Assembly (NCBI RefSeq): GCF_003018255.1 | Contig: NZ_CP027440.1 | Reading direction: 5' to 3' (one strand) | DNA: 64,000 bases | Source: Escherichia coli | GTDB lineage: Bacteria; Pseudomonadota; Gammaproteobacteria; Enterobacterales; Enterobacteriaceae | Shown here: positions 1 through 10,618 of the stretch, one piece after another | Numbering within the stretch: the stretch's first letter is position 1 | How the letters are laid out: every line of letters begins with the position of its first letter | Position numbers and translations under genes: made by a program | The notes under the pieces: model-generated | The model's database searches: none | Told to the model about the DNA's origin: nothing | What the model saw: the letters and a program-made list of their open reading frames with translations, nothing else

Positions 1-622
1 GCGATTTAAGCGCATCAACCACGCGGGCGCGCCACTCGATGGCAGCAGCCTGGTATTCAACGTCGGCATCGACACGGTCGAGCAGGCGTTCACCGCCCAG
101 TTCCGCCAGCTTACTGTCAAAATCTTTCCCGGACTGGCAGAAAAATTCATAAGAACTATCGCCGAGGCTAAACACGGCAAAAGCGGTATTTTCCAGCTTC
201 GGCGCTTTTTTGGAGAACAGGAACTTATGCAGCGCGACGGCTTCTTCCGGCGGCTCCCCTTCCCCTTGCGTTGACGTCACTACGATGAGCAGTTTTTCGC
301 TGGCGATTTGTTTGAATTTATAGTCGCCCGCGTTCACCAGCTTAACGTTCAGTTTTGCTGCTAATAAATCATCGCGTAATGCTTCAGCAACCCGGCGCGC
401 ATTGCCGGTTTGCGAGGCGGAGATAATAGTTATACCCGGCATTTCTGCGGCTGGCGCTGGCGTCGCTGCAAGCGCAGCAGGCTGCTGATTGAGTACGCCC
501 CAGAAATAGCCAGAAACCCAGGCAAGCTGGGTAGGAGTTAAATCGGTCGTGGCCGCCTGAAGGCGTGCCAGTTGCTCCGGGTTCAACGGAAGCAACGCGG
601 AAGGTGGGACCTGTGTCGTCAT
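1..622 (-). CDS. cysJ: Sulfite reductase [NADPH] flavoprotein alpha subunit, N-terminal part (gene continues beyond window start)
   Basis: Reverse-complement translation from the ATG at 622-620 reads [24 protein letters not shown]... with a flavodoxin-like domain, matching CysJ as I recall it; no stop codon before the window edge. Confidence 0.85.
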   Translation of the reverse strand, partial: MTTQVPPSALLPLNPEQLARLQAATTDLTPTQLAWVSGYFWGVLNQQPAALAATPAPAAEMPGITIISASQTGNARRVAEALRDDLLAAKLNVKLVNAGDYKFKQIASEKLLIVVTSTQGEGEPPEEAVALHKFLFSKKAPKLENTAFAVFSLGDSSYEFFCQSGKDFDSKLAELGGERLLDRVDADVEYQAAAIEWRARVVDALKS

Positions 623-937
623 GCGTCGTTATGTTCCAGTAAGCAAAGCTGTTTCTGCGCCCTGTCAGCGCCCATAAAACAGAAGAGGAGGTAAGGTTAA
701 CGGGGTGAACGGTGTGGATTAAAGACGGGATAGCGATAACTAATAACCAAATCGACTAACCTGTTTTAGCAATAGTCTTTAACAACAAAACAGATTAACC
801 AACCCAATGAAAAACAAATGAATTTAGCCAATCATTAAGATAAATCAGCGATTTTGCGCAACAAAGTCGTTTTAGATAATGCGAAAAAACAGCCTTTCCG
901 GTACTCTACGGCGGTTTTATCGTCCTGTAGAGAAATT

Positions 938-1303
938 ATGATGTCCACCACGTTATTTAAAGATTTCACCTTCGAAGCCGCTCACCGCTTACCACACGTC
1001 CCGGAAGGGCATAAATGTGGTCGCCTGCACGGGCATTCCTTTATGGTGCGACTGGAAATTACCGGGGAAGTCGATCCGCATACGGGCTGGATTATCGATT
1101 TCGCTGAACTGAAAGCGGCGTTTAAGCCAACCTACGAGCGCCTCGATCACTATTATCTCAATGATATTCCAGGTCTGGAAAACCCGACCAGCGAGGTTTT
1201 AGCAAAATGGATTTGGGATCAAGTTAAACCCGTTGTGCCGCTGTTAAGTGCGGTGATGGTAAAAGAAACCTGCACCGCAGGTTGCATCTATCGCGGCGAA
1301 TGA
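938..1303 (+). CDS. queD: 6-carboxy-5,6,7,8-tetrahydropterin synthase (queuosine biosynthesis)
   Basis: ORF 854..1303 trimmed to the internal start [35 protein letters not shown] (121 aa); Cys/His zinc motif typical of the QueD/PTPS family. Confidence 0.9.
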   Translation: MMSTTLFKDFTFEAAHRLPHVPEGHKCGRLHGHSFMVRLEITGEVDPHTGWIIDFAELKAAFKPTYERLDHYYLNDIPGLENPTSEVLAKWIWDQVKPVVPLLSAVMVKETCTAGCIYRGE

Positions 1304-1380
1304 TAAGAGTGTGTCGGCGGTCAATTTCCCTTAAGTAACGCTATGTTAGGGTGTTGTGTTCTGGATATCTGGGGCATGAC

Positions 1381-2652
1381 ATGGAAGACGACTGCGACAT
1401 TATTATTATTGGTGCCGGTATTGCAGGCACCGCTTGCGCGTTACGCTGCGCGCGAGCGGGTTTATCCGTTTTGTTACTGGAACGCGCTGAAATCCCCGGC
1501 AGCAAAAATCTTTCCGGCGGGCGGTTATATACCCATGCACTCGCGGAACTCCTCCCTCAGTTTCACCTGACCGCGCCTCTTGAACGACGCATCACTCACG
1601 AAAGCCTTTCCCTGTTAACGCCGGATGGCGCAACGACGTTTTCCAGCTTACAGCCCGGCGGTGAATCCTGGAGTGTATTACGTGCACGGTTCGATCCGTG
1701 GCTGGTTGCCGAAGCCGAAAAAGAAGGTGTCGAATGCATCCCCGGTGCGACGGTGGATGCGCTGTATGAAGAAAACGGCAGGGTGTGTGGTGTCATTTGT
1801 GGTGACGATATTCTCCGCGCCCGTTATGTGGTGCTGGCAGAAGGTGCCAACAGCGTCCTGGCTGAACGTCACGGGTTAGTGACTCGTCCTGCTGGCGAAG
1901 CGATGGCGTTGGGGATCAAAGAAGTGCTGTCGCTGGAAACATCCGCTATTGAAGAACGTTTTCATCTGGAGAATAACGAAGGCGCAGCGTTGCTGTTCAG
2001 CGGCGGGATCTGTGATGACTTACCCGGCGGCGCATTTCTTTATACTAATCAACAAACGCTCTCGTTAGGGATTGTTTGCCCGCTCTCTTCCCTTACGCAA
2101 AGTCGTGTTCCGGCAAGCGAGCTGCTGGCTCGCTTTAAAACGCATCCGGCAGTGCGCCCGCTTATCAAAAACACGGAATCACTGGAGTATGGTGCGCATC
2201 TGGTGCCAGAAGGTGGCTTGCACAGTATGCCGGTGCAATACGCCGGTAACGGCTGGCTGCTGCTGGGCGATGCGTTGCGCAGTTGCGTCAATACCGGAAT
2301 TTCCGTGCGCGGCATGGATATGGCGCTGACTGGCACGCAGGCGGCGGCACAAACGCTGATAAGCGCCTGCCAGCACCGCGAGCCGCAAAATCTGTTTGCG
2401 CTTTATCATCACAACGTAGAGCGCAGCCTGCTATGGGATGTTCTACAACGTTATCAGCATGTTCCGGCGCTTTTGCAACGCCCTGGATGGTACCGTGCGT
2501 GGCCTGCGTTAATGCAGGATATTTCCCGCGATTTATGGGATCAGGGTGATAAACCTGTTCCACCGCTGCGCCAGTTATTCTGGCGTCATTTACGTCGTCA
2601 CGGCCTGTGGCATCTGGCGGGCGATGTTATCAGGAGTCTGCGATGTCTGTAA
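1381..2652 (+). CDS. ygcN: FAD-dependent oxidoreductase, FixC-like (ETF-quinone oxidoreductase family)
   Basis: ORF 1351..2652; GxGxxG dinucleotide fold IIIGAGIAGTACA near the N-terminus; position after queD as in K-12; start chosen at MEDDCDIIIIGAG. Confidence 0.85.
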   Translation: MEDDCDIIIIGAGIAGTACALRCARAGLSVLLLERAEIPGSKNLSGGRLYTHALAELLPQFHLTAPLERRITHESLSLLTPDGATTFSSLQPGGESWSVLRARFDPWLVAEAEKEGVECIPGATVDALYEENGRVCGVICGDDILRARYVVLAEGANSVLAERHGLVTRPAGEAMALGIKEVLSLETSAIEERFHLENNEGAALLFSGGICDDLPGGAFLYTNQQTLSLGIVCPLSSLTQSRVPASELLARFKTHPAVRPLIKNTESLEYGAHLVPEGGLHSMPVQYAGNGWLLLGDALRSCVNTGISVRGMDMALTGTQAAAQTLISACQHREPQNLFALYHHNVERSLLWDVLQRYQHVPALLQRPGWYRAWPALMQDISRDLWDQGDKPVPPLRQLFWRHLRRHGLWHLAGDVIRSLRCL

Positions 2653-2903
2653 CCCGTAATCTCTGGCGCGTTGCCGATGCGCCGCACATTGTACCGGCTG
2701 ACTCCGTTGAGCGTCAGACGGTACAACGGTTGATTAACGCTTGTCCGGCTGGTCTTTTTTCGCTCACACCGGAAGGTGACTTACGCGTTGATTATCGCGG
2801 CTGCCTGGAGTGTGGCACCTGCCGTTTGCTGTGCGATGAAAAAACACTACAACAGTGGCGCTATCCGCCTTCCGGATTCGGCATCACCTACCGTTTTGGA
2901 TAA
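2643..2903 (+). CDS. ygcO: Ferredoxin-like protein, FixX-like
   Basis: ORF 2607..2903 trimmed to MSVTRNLW; motif CLECGTCRLLC; overlaps the ygcN stop, suggesting translational coupling. Confidence 0.8.
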   Translation: MSVTRNLWRVADAPHIVPADSVERQTVQRLINACPAGLFSLTPEGDLRVDYRGCLECGTCRLLCDEKTLQQWRYPPSGFGITYRFG

Positions 2904-2919
2904 ATAATAAGGATAATTT

Positions 2920-3495
2920 ATGCCCCTCTTACACCTGCTCCGCCAGAATCCGGTGATTGCTGCCGTTAAAGATAATGCCAGCCTGCAACTGGCAATCGAC
3001 TCTGAATGCCAGTTTATTTCCGTGTTGTACGGCAATATCTGCACCATTAGTCAAATCGTTAAAAAGATTAAAAATGCCGGAAAATATGCTTTTATTCATG
3101 TTGATTTGCTGGAAGGCGCGTCAAATAAAGAAGTGGTGATTCAGTTTTTGAAACTGGTGACTGAGGCGGACGGCATTATCAGTACCAAAGCCTCAATGTT
3201 GAAAGCGGCAAGAGCGGAAGGTTTTTTCTGTATTCATCGCCTGTTTATTGTTGATTCGATTTCGTTTCACAACATTGATAAGCAAGTTGCGCAATCGAAT
3301 CCGGATTGTATTGAGATCCTGCCAGGCTGTATGCCTAAAGTGCTGGGCTGGGTGACGGAGAAAATCCGCCAACCGCTGATTGCCGGCGGGCTGGTGTGCG
3401 ATGAAGAAGATGCGCGTAATGCGATTAACGCGGGTGTTGTGGCGCTTTCCACCACGAATACCGGGGTCTGGACGTTAGCGAAAAAATTGCTTTGA
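2920..3495 (+). CDS. ygcP: GlpP-family (glycerol-3-phosphate responsive) antiterminator-like regulator
   Basis: 191-aa ORF with RBS ahead; size and position match K-12 ygcP. Confidence 0.8.
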   Translation: MPLLHLLRQNPVIAAVKDNASLQLAIDSECQFISVLYGNICTISQIVKKIKNAGKYAFIHVDLLEGASNKEVVIQFLKLVTEADGIISTKASMLKAARAEGFFCIHRLFIVDSISFHNIDKQVAQSNPDCIEILPGCMPKVLGWVTEKIRQPLIAGGLVCDEEDARNAINAGVVALSTTNTGVWTLAKKLL

Positions 3496-3560
3496 CGGGA
3501 TACTCGTAACGAGTTGAATTTGTGTGATTTGTAGGCTGCACGCCACATCCGACATTCAGC

Positions 3561-3592
3561 GCCTGATACGACGCTTGACGCGTCTTATCAGG
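3561..3592. repeat. REP-like imperfect palindrome between convergent ygcP and ygcQ
   Basis: gcctgatacgacgc-ttgac-gcgtcttatcaggc inverted repeat in a convergent intergenic gap. Confidence 0.5.
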
Positions 3593-3641
3593 CTTACAAG
3601 TCCCCAGCCCAGAACCGTAGGCAGGATCATCCGGCAGCACG

Positions 3642-4502
3642 TTATTGGCAATCTGCGTGAATGGTTGTCACCAGTGCCTCCAGCACCGCTTTCCAGTCAT
3701 CAACCACGCCAACATCTGCCTGTGAAAATACCGCCGCGCTGGCGTCATGATTAATCGCCACCACAAACTTGCTATTGCGTACGCCCGCCATTAACGCTGC
3801 TGCGCCGGAAGCGCCAACAACAATGCACACCTCAGGCGCCAGCAGATGTCCGGAAATACCAATCACTTTTTCAGCATCAACGCCACCGTTCATCACTCGC
3901 GCCCGACTGTAGCCCACTTCGGCTCCCAGCTTTTCTACCAGCATAGCGATTTCCTGGTTATCTGCCTCTCCGCCCTGCCCCACCACCAGCACCCGTCTGG
4001 CTTCAGCTAATGGATCGCGGGTAACATTTTTCAGGTTTTCTATGCTAATCAGCCAGTCGGGAAGCGCACCGGGGACAATGTTCAGTTGCAGCATACCAGA
4101 GGGCAACATGGTGTTTATCTCTGCTCCCGCCTGACGCGCCAGGGAAAGACATAGCGGGCGTTTTTCTGTTTGCAGCGTCGCCGTTAGCGCATTTCCCCAG
4201 TGGGATTTGCGCACGCTTACGGTTGGAATATCTAACGAAGTCACCTGGCAGATGCTTGCACCATGTAAACGCCAGGCCAGCCGGATCGACAGTTCATCGC
4301 CAAACGCGCCCGGAGGAAAAAGGACAACCTCCGCAGGCGTTCGTTGCCACTGTTCCACCAGCGCATCCAGCACCTGTTCCGCAACCATCGGCTGTGGTTC
4401 TATTTGCCAATGCGTTAGTGTGCTGCCGCTGAAATCCTGCGCCGCCAGCCAGCCCGCCATTGCGGCATGTTCCTGATTTATTGTCACAATTGCGATATTC
4501 AT
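3642..4502 (-). CDS. ygcQ: Electron transfer flavoprotein alpha-subunit-like (FixB-like)
   Basis: ORF 3642..4535 trimmed to MNIAIVTINQ (286 aa); ETF-alpha-like C-terminal region. Confidence 0.8.
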   Translation of the reverse strand: MNIAIVTINQEHAAMAGWLAAQDFSGSTLTHWQIEPQPMVAEQVLDALVEQWQRTPAEVVLFPPGAFGDELSIRLAWRLHGASICQVTSLDIPTVSVRKSHWGNALTATLQTEKRPLCLSLARQAGAEINTMLPSGMLQLNIVPGALPDWLISIENLKNVTRDPLAEARRVLVVGQGGEADNQEIAMLVEKLGAEVGYSRARVMNGGVDAEKVIGISGHLLAPEVCIVVGASGAAALMAGVRNSKFVVAINHDASAAVFSQADVGVVDDWKAVLEALVTTIHADCQ

Positions 4503-5278
4503 GGCTGCATCCTTTGGCGTAAATAGTCCTGCCATAGCTTTTGCGCTTTTTCTGCTACCGTTTGCCCATCAATCAGCGCCGCTCTGCGTCGTTGCTCTGG
4601 CCTTGCCAGTTGCAGGCACTGTATCGCTGGCGCTTCCGCGGCAACAGTTTCGCGGGTAATCTCCGCTTTCCCCGCTGCCATTCGCTGGCGCATTCCCGGT
4701 ACTGGCAAGGCCACTTCACCACACTGACGCACGGCAATCACCGCAGGCAAGCGAACCCGGCAACAGCGCAACCCATGTTCAGTACGCTGTTCGAGGGTGA
4801 TAAACGGCGCGTCGAGAGTAAAACGCTCCACCTGGGTGAAACAGGGCCAGCCCAGCATTTCCGCCAGCAAAAATGGCGTTTGTCCATTCTGCCCTTCGCT
4901 GCTTTGGCAGCCGGTAATGATCAGATCCAGCGGATTCTGACGCTGCCATTCGGCAATATGGCGAGCGACAAATTCCGGCGCAAAGCGCAGATCTGCCGCC
5001 GTCTCCAGCAATACAGCGTCCTCAAACCCAAGAGCCATGAGATAGCGCAGCCAGTGCAACGCCCGTTCATCCCCCATGCTCAACGCGGTTAAAGACATCG
5101 GCGTACCGTTTTTTCTCTGCGCCAACAGCAGCGCGGCGGCAGCCTGTTCATCGGCACCGAGTAAACTTCGCAGAAGCGAAACATCCGGTCCGATATTACC
5201 CTGAGCCGCCGCCTGCCACTCTTTTTCCGCCAGCATTCCGGCATCCGGTTCGGCTTTAAACGCTAACAGAATGTTCAT
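4499..5278 (-). CDS. ygcR: Electron transfer flavoprotein beta-subunit-like (FixA-like)
   Basis: ORF 4499..5284; ATG at 5278 preceded by AGGAGG (reverse complement of 5285-5290); reads MNILLAFKAEPDAG; stop overlaps the ygcQ start. Confidence 0.8.
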   Translation of the reverse strand: MNILLAFKAEPDAGMLAEKEWQAAAQGNIGPDVSLLRSLLGADEQAAAALLLAQRKNGTPMSLTALSMGDERALHWLRYLMALGFEDAVLLETAADLRFAPEFVARHIAEWQRQNPLDLIITGCQSSEGQNGQTPFLLAEMLGWPCFTQVERFTLDAPFITLEQRTEHGLRCCRVRLPAVIAVRQCGEVALPVPGMRQRMAAGKAEITRETVAAEAPAIQCLQLARPEQRRRAALIDGQTVAEKAQKLWQDYLRQRMQP

Positions 5279-6593
5279 TCGCACCTCCTACATTTCCCGC
5301 CGCCACCAGCGGGAGTGCTTTGGTTTCTGGTGCCCATAGCCAGGTCACAACAAAACCAACCAACAACACTACCGCCAGGAGCAATAAGGTGGCTTGCATT
5401 CCCCACTGCGCCAGCACCCACGGCAGCAGGCCAGTACTTACCGCCGCCCCCAACCGACTCATGGCGGTGGCAAAACCGACGCCCAGCGAGCGAATGTCAG
5501 TAGGAAAACTTTCCGCAGGCAAAATGCCCACCAGATTACTGACTGCCGAAATGGTGGTGCTGAAGAGAACAAAAAGCAGCAGCGTTAATGAACTGCCGGA
5601 AGGCAAACAGGCCATCACGACCAGCGTTGCCGCCAGCAGCAAAAAACTTCCCAGTAAAAATCTGCGATGCGCTAACAAGTGGGTCAACACTAACCCTAAT
5701 AACGCGCCAACAATTAACAACGCATTAAGCATCAGGCTGGCAGTCAGCGCATCTTCCAGACCAATAGTTTGGGCGATGGTCGGCAGCCAGGTATAAATCA
5801 CAAACCATGGGATTACGAGGCAGACAAAGAAGACGCTGTTAAACGCTGTGCGCCGCCAGTAGCGCGAAGAGAACAAGGTTTTGATGTGTTTATGGGTCGC
5901 CGTTGCCACTTCATCGCCCAGTAAAACATGGGGACCAAAATAGCGATGCACGATAGCGTGAGCTTCTGCAAAACGCCCCTGGCGCAGTAGCCAGCGTGGC
6001 GATTCTGGCGTTCCCCAGCGTAATAACGTAATCAACAATGCGGGCAGAGCTGCCGATGCCAGTAGCCAGCGCCAGGCCTCCGGGCTTTCGCTAATAAAGT
6101 GATGTCCGGCAATACTTGCCAGCACATAGCCTACGGTCCACACCACGCTGAATGCGCCCAGCAAAACACCGCGATGGCGGCGCGGAGAAAATTCAGCCAG
6201 CAAAGTGTGACCGACTGAGTAATCGCCTCCCAGACCAATGCCGATCAAAATGCGCAGTCCAATAAGATGCTCTGGCGTGGTGGCAAAAAATTGTAAGAAC
6301 GAAGCGAGCGTAATCAGCAAAAAGCTGAAGGTGAAGATTTTTTGCCGACCAATATGGTCGGAGATCCACCCCAAAACCAGGCTACCGATAAACAGGCCAA
6401 GTAGCGCCGAGCCGCCGATCATTCCCGCCATAAACGGCGTCAGTTGCATGGCGGGTGTAAGCTGAATAATGGCGTAACCAATGACGCCGAGGACATAACC
6501 GTCGGTCAGGTGTGCGCCGAAAGTGAGCGCAGCAATGCGGCAGTGAAAACGGTTAAGTGGTAAATCATCCATTCGCACCGGTGAAGTGTTCAT
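5256..6593 (-). CDS. ygcS: MFS-family transporter
   Basis: ORF 5256..6665 trimmed to MNTSPVRMDD (445 aa); many hydrophobic segments consistent with 12 TM helices. Confidence 0.8.
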   Translation of the reverse strand: MNTSPVRMDDLPLNRFHCRIAALTFGAHLTDGYVLGVIGYAIIQLTPAMQLTPFMAGMIGGSALLGLFIGSLVLGWISDHIGRQKIFTFSFLLITLASFLQFFATTPEHLIGLRILIGIGLGGDYSVGHTLLAEFSPRRHRGVLLGAFSVVWTVGYVLASIAGHHFISESPEAWRWLLASAALPALLITLLRWGTPESPRWLLRQGRFAEAHAIVHRYFGPHVLLGDEVATATHKHIKTLFSSRYWRRTAFNSVFFVCLVIPWFVIYTWLPTIAQTIGLEDALTASLMLNALLIVGALLGLVLTHLLAHRRFLLGSFLLLAATLVVMACLPSGSSLTLLLFVLFSTTISAVSNLVGILPAESFPTDIRSLGVGFATAMSRLGAAVSTGLLPWVLAQWGMQATLLLLAVVLLVGFVVTWLWAPETKALPLVAAGNVGGANEHSVSV

Positions 6594-6686
6594 CTTTACC
6601 CCTTCATTGTCCGGTAATAAGAACGGCTTCTCGCCTGAGAAGCCGAAAAGGCAACGCCCCGTCATCGCGGAACGCTGCCTGACACA

Positions 6687-8141
6687 TTATTTTTCAATCG
6701 GATAGATAGTACCCGTATTCATAATGCCGTTAGGATCGAACTGCTTTTTCAGCCCTTCCAGCAACGCCCACGCGCTGCCGTGTTCCAGTTTGCTCCAGTG
6801 AACGCGATGTTTACCGATACCGTGGTGGTGCACCATCGAACCACCGAGGCGAATGGTTTCTTCGCAGATGATTTTGTTGAGCGGATTGTGGTACTTGTCG
6901 ATTTCCTCTTCCGGCTTACAGTCAACGACGTTGTAGTCGTAGACGAAGTACATGTTGGTGCCGTTCTGATAGCTATGAGAGGAGTGACCGCCCAGCATGG
7001 TGATGTCGTCGGCATGCGGGAACTCGGTACGAATACGGTTAATAACGCTTTCGTAGATTTCGTGGATGCAGCTCCAGCAGCCGGACACTTCGGTGGTAAA
7101 GCCCATGTTGCCGGTTTTGAGGATCTGCACACGTTCAGCGGCCACTTTATCCGGCCCCCAGTTCAGGTGATTAAACCAGGTTTCGATCAGCTTGCTGTCC
7201 ACTCGCTGGCATTGCGGGTAACGTGCCACGATTTCAGCAATCCCTTCGCCTGTCGCCTTCGCAATGCGAGGGTTACCTTCAGCCATAAAGATCAGCACAC
7301 ATTTACCATCGGCAAAATGGGTGAAGTGTTGGGTGCCATCTTCAGCGTCATACAAACGAGCGATCGACGGACGATACCCTTCCACCATGATTTCACGCAG
7401 GATGTTGAAGCCGGTTTTCATGTCTTCCAGCACATAGCCATAGAAGAGATTGTTTTCCGGCGTAAATTTGAAGATTTTCACTGTGACTTCAGTGATATAG
7501 CACAATGCACCTTCGTTGCCGATGATAATGTGACGAATGTCCGGGCCTGCCGCGCGGCGTGGTACGTTTTTAATACGTGTGACGGTGCCATCAGCCAATA
7601 CTGCTTCCAGACCAACGACCATATCTTCGATTGCGCCGTAGAGTGTGGAGAACTGCCCGATACTGCGGGTTGCTACCAGGCCGCCCATCTGCGCCAGCGG
7701 TTTTGATTGCGGTGAATGCCCCGTGGTGTAACCTTTTTCACGCAACGTGTTTTCCAGCACCTCCAGCGGAACACCACATTGCGCCGTGACCTGCATATTC
7801 TCAATATCAATATTAATGATTTGATTCATGGCAGAGCCGTCGAGCACCACCGAGTTTTCCACAACGGTTTCCAGTCCACCCTCGGTAGCGGAAGCACCGG
7901 TACGCGGCACACCGTTAATTTTGTGTGCATTCATAAAATTCAGTACACGAGAGACTTGTTCTGTGGAACCGAGTTTTACGACCGCTGCCGGAATCGGCAA
8001 AGTATAAATGCCATGAATATCCGGAAATTTGCGAAAACGGTCAATACTGTTTTTCTTTAATACTGTTTCATCGGTAATTACGCGATCTGCACCAACAATT
8101 TCCTTTAGCTGGTCGACAATCGCTGCGCGAGATAAAGACAT
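6687..8141 (-). CDS. ygcU: FAD-linked oxidase (alkyl-DHAP synthase / D-lactate dehydrogenase-like fold)
   Basis: 484-aa ORF; FAD-binding PCMH-type features; K-12 position. Confidence 0.8.
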   Translation of the reverse strand: MSLSRAAIVDQLKEIVGADRVITDETVLKKNSIDRFRKFPDIHGIYTLPIPAAVVKLGSTEQVSRVLNFMNAHKINGVPRTGASATEGGLETVVENSVVLDGSAMNQIINIDIENMQVTAQCGVPLEVLENTLREKGYTTGHSPQSKPLAQMGGLVATRSIGQFSTLYGAIEDMVVGLEAVLADGTVTRIKNVPRRAAGPDIRHIIIGNEGALCYITEVTVKIFKFTPENNLFYGYVLEDMKTGFNILREIMVEGYRPSIARLYDAEDGTQHFTHFADGKCVLIFMAEGNPRIAKATGEGIAEIVARYPQCQRVDSKLIETWFNHLNWGPDKVAAERVQILKTGNMGFTTEVSGCWSCIHEIYESVINRIRTEFPHADDITMLGGHSSHSYQNGTNMYFVYDYNVVDCKPEEEIDKYHNPLNKIICEETIRLGGSMVHHHGIGKHRVHWSKLEHGSAWALLEGLKKQFDPNGIMNTGTIYPIEK

Positions 8142-8210
8142 AGTAATTCCTTCCTGATAATAAAAATGGAATAATCATTAATAAGAGAAAACAGAAACCA
8201 CCGTTATGGA

Positions 8211-8996
8211 TTAGCGCACTAAATAACCGCCATCGACCACTAATAAATGCCCGTTGACATAATTCGATGCCTGACTTGCGAGAAACACGGCTGCGCCCAT
8301 TAAATCCTGAGTATCGCCCCAACGGTTTGCCGGAATATGATCAAGAACGCGCTGATTGGTTTCTGGATTACTGCGTGTCGCCAGCGTAATATCTGTTGCA
8401 TAATAGCCAGGGGCAATACCATTTACCTGAATATTATATTGACCTAGTTCATCACAATAAGCTTTGGTGAACCCGGCAAGAGCATGTTTAGTGGCAGAAT
8501 ATGCAGGTGACCATTGTCCACCTAAGTAAGAGAACAATGAACAGATATTAATAATTTTACCGCTTTTCTGCGGGATCATAATTTTTGCCGCTTCATAGCT
8601 TAACTCGAATGCGGCGGTCAGGTTCACATCAATCATCGGGTCCCAGTCGGCACGACCGAAATCCAGCACCTTATTCAGCTTACAAATACCGGCATTGTTA
8701 ACCAGAATATCAACTGTTCCGAAACGCTCACAGCAAGCAGCGATAATCTTCTGCGGCGCGCCTTCTGCGGTGATATCCACCTGCATGAAGTCCATCTCAA
8801 CACCCTGTTTTTCAATCATTTCCTTTGTTTTGCCGTTATCTTTAACGAAGCTTGGAATAAAGATATTTGCACCAGCTTTGGCCAGCGCCATGGCAAATGC
8901 CTGGCCTAAACCGCTATTCCCGCCGGTAACAATTGCGGTTTTACCTTTCAGGGAGAAAAAATCCATTGAGAACGCATTGAGAGATTCGATTGACAT
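8211..8996 (-). CDS. ygcW: Short-chain dehydrogenase/reductase (SDR) family oxidoreductase
   Basis: ORF 8211..9071 trimmed to MSIESLNAF; TGGNSGLGQAFA Rossmann motif and YxxxK catalytic motif (YSATKHA). Confidence 0.8.
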   Translation of the reverse strand: MSIESLNAFSMDFFSLKGKTAIVTGGNSGLGQAFAMALAKAGANIFIPSFVKDNGKTKEMIEKQGVEMDFMQVDITAEGAPQKIIAACCERFGTVDILVNNAGICKLNKVLDFGRADWDPMIDVNLTAAFELSYEAAKIMIPQKSGKIINICSLFSYLGGQWSPAYSATKHALAGFTKAYCDELGQYNIQVNGIAPGYYATDITLATRSNPETNQRVLDHIPANRWGDTQDLMGAAVFLASQASNYVNGHLLVVDGGYLVR

Positions 8997-9314
8997 AGTT
9001 AGCTCCAATTTCCGTAAGGCAAAAAAAAAGAAAGGTAACTTCCCCCGCGAGAGGGAAGTTACCTTTCTCATTATCTCTGGTAACTGGAGATAATTTTTAT
9101 CATAAGGGCATAATCGCTAATGTGATCGTAATCACAGTGTTATATTCGAATTGTCAAATAATTTTAAAAAGCAGAAGCGTGATTACTCTCACACAACACC
9201 ACTGCTTTCCATGTTATTTCTTATTGCAATTACTAGAGACCTGAGAAAAGTAATCCACCTGAAAGGGCGGCTTACTTTTCTCTTTTTTTTGTCTATTACA
9301 AATGGGAATACGAT

Positions 9315-10592
9315 ATGCAACACAACTCATATCGCCGTTGGATAACCCTCGCGATAATTAGTTTTAGCGGCGGCGTTAGTTTCGATCTGGCTTATTTACG
9401 TTATATTTATCAAATTCCCATGGCGAAATTTATGGGATTCAGCAATACCGAGATAGGTTTAATAATGAGTACCTTTGGTATTGCGGCTATTATTCTTTAT
9501 GCCCCCAGCGGCGTTATTGCCGATAAATTTTCACACCGCAAAATGATTACTTCCGCGATGATCATTACCGGATTACTGGGTCTGTTAATGGCAACATATC
9601 CACCGCTGTGGGTAATGCTCTGTATTCAGGTCGCCTTTGCGATAACGACGATTTTAATGCTGTGGTCGGTGTCGATTAAAGCCGCCTCATTGCTGGGCGA
9701 TCATAGTGAGCAAGGGAAAATTATGGGCTGGATGGAAGGGCTGCGCGGCGTCGGTGTAATGTCGCTGGCGGTGTTTACCATGTGGGTCTTTTCTCGCTTT
9801 GCGCCGGATGACAGCGCCAGCCTGAAAACAGTCATTATTATCTACAGTGTGGTTTACATCTTGTTGGGGATTCTGTGCTGGTTTTTTGTTAGCGATAACA
9901 ACAACCTGCGCAGTACCAATAACGAAGAAAAACAGTCATTCCAGCTTAGCGATATCCTGGCCGTTTTGCGTATCAGTACCACCTGGTATTGCAGCATGGT
10001 GATTTTTGGTGTCTTCACCATCTACGCCATTCTGAGTTACTCCACCAACTATCTGACCGAAATGTACGGCATGTCGCTGGTGGCGGCGAGCTACATGGGG
10101 ATTGTGATCAACAAAATCTTCCGCGCGCTGTGCGGCCCACTTGGCGGCATTATCACCACCTACAGTAAAGTGAAATCCCCTACCCGCGTGATCCAAATCC
10201 TTTCCGTACTCGGCCTGCTGGCGTTAACTGCCCTGCTCGTCACGAACTCTAACCCGCAATCGGTCGCGATGGGGATTGGCCTGATTTTACTGCTGGGATT
10301 CACCTGTTACGCCTCACGCGGGCTGTACTGGGCCTGCCCAGGCGAAGCGAGAACACCGTCTTACATTATGGGCACCACGGTAGGTATTTGTTCGGTGATT
10401 GGATTCCTGCCGGATGTCTTCGTTTACCCAATTATCGGCCACTGGCAAGACACCCTGCCCGCAGCAGAAGCCTACCGCAATATGTGGCTGATGGGCATGG
10501 CGGCGCTTGGCATGGTGATTGTCTTTACCTTTTTGCTGTTCCAAAAAATTCGTACTGCTGATAGCGCCCCCGCAATGGCTAGCAGCAAGTAA
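9315..10592 (+). CDS. yqcE: MFS-family transporter
   Basis: 425-aa hydrophobic ORF; AT-rich codon usage compared with flanking genes. Confidence 0.8.
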   Translation: MQHNSYRRWITLAIISFSGGVSFDLAYLRYIYQIPMAKFMGFSNTEIGLIMSTFGIAAIILYAPSGVIADKFSHRKMITSAMIITGLLGLLMATYPPLWVMLCIQVAFAITTILMLWSVSIKAASLLGDHSEQGKIMGWMEGLRGVGVMSLAVFTMWVFSRFAPDDSASLKTVIIIYSVVYILLGILCWFFVSDNNNLRSTNNEEKQSFQLSDILAVLRISTTWYCSMVIFGVFTIYAILSYSTNYLTEMYGMSLVAASYMGIVINKIFRALCGPLGGIITTYSKVKSPTRVIQILSVLGLLALTALLVTNSNPQSVAMGIGLILLLGFTCYASRGLYWACPGEARTPSYIMGTTVGICSVIGFLPDVFVYPIIGHWQDTLPAAEAYRNMWLMGMAALGMVIVFTFLLFQKIRTADSAPAMASSK

Positions 10593-10618
10593 GCCAGGAA
10601 AATTACAGGAGAAAAATC

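Noticed and set aside
6780-7706. 308-aa ORF antisense to ygcU
   Set aside because: Antisense artefact within the ygcU coding region
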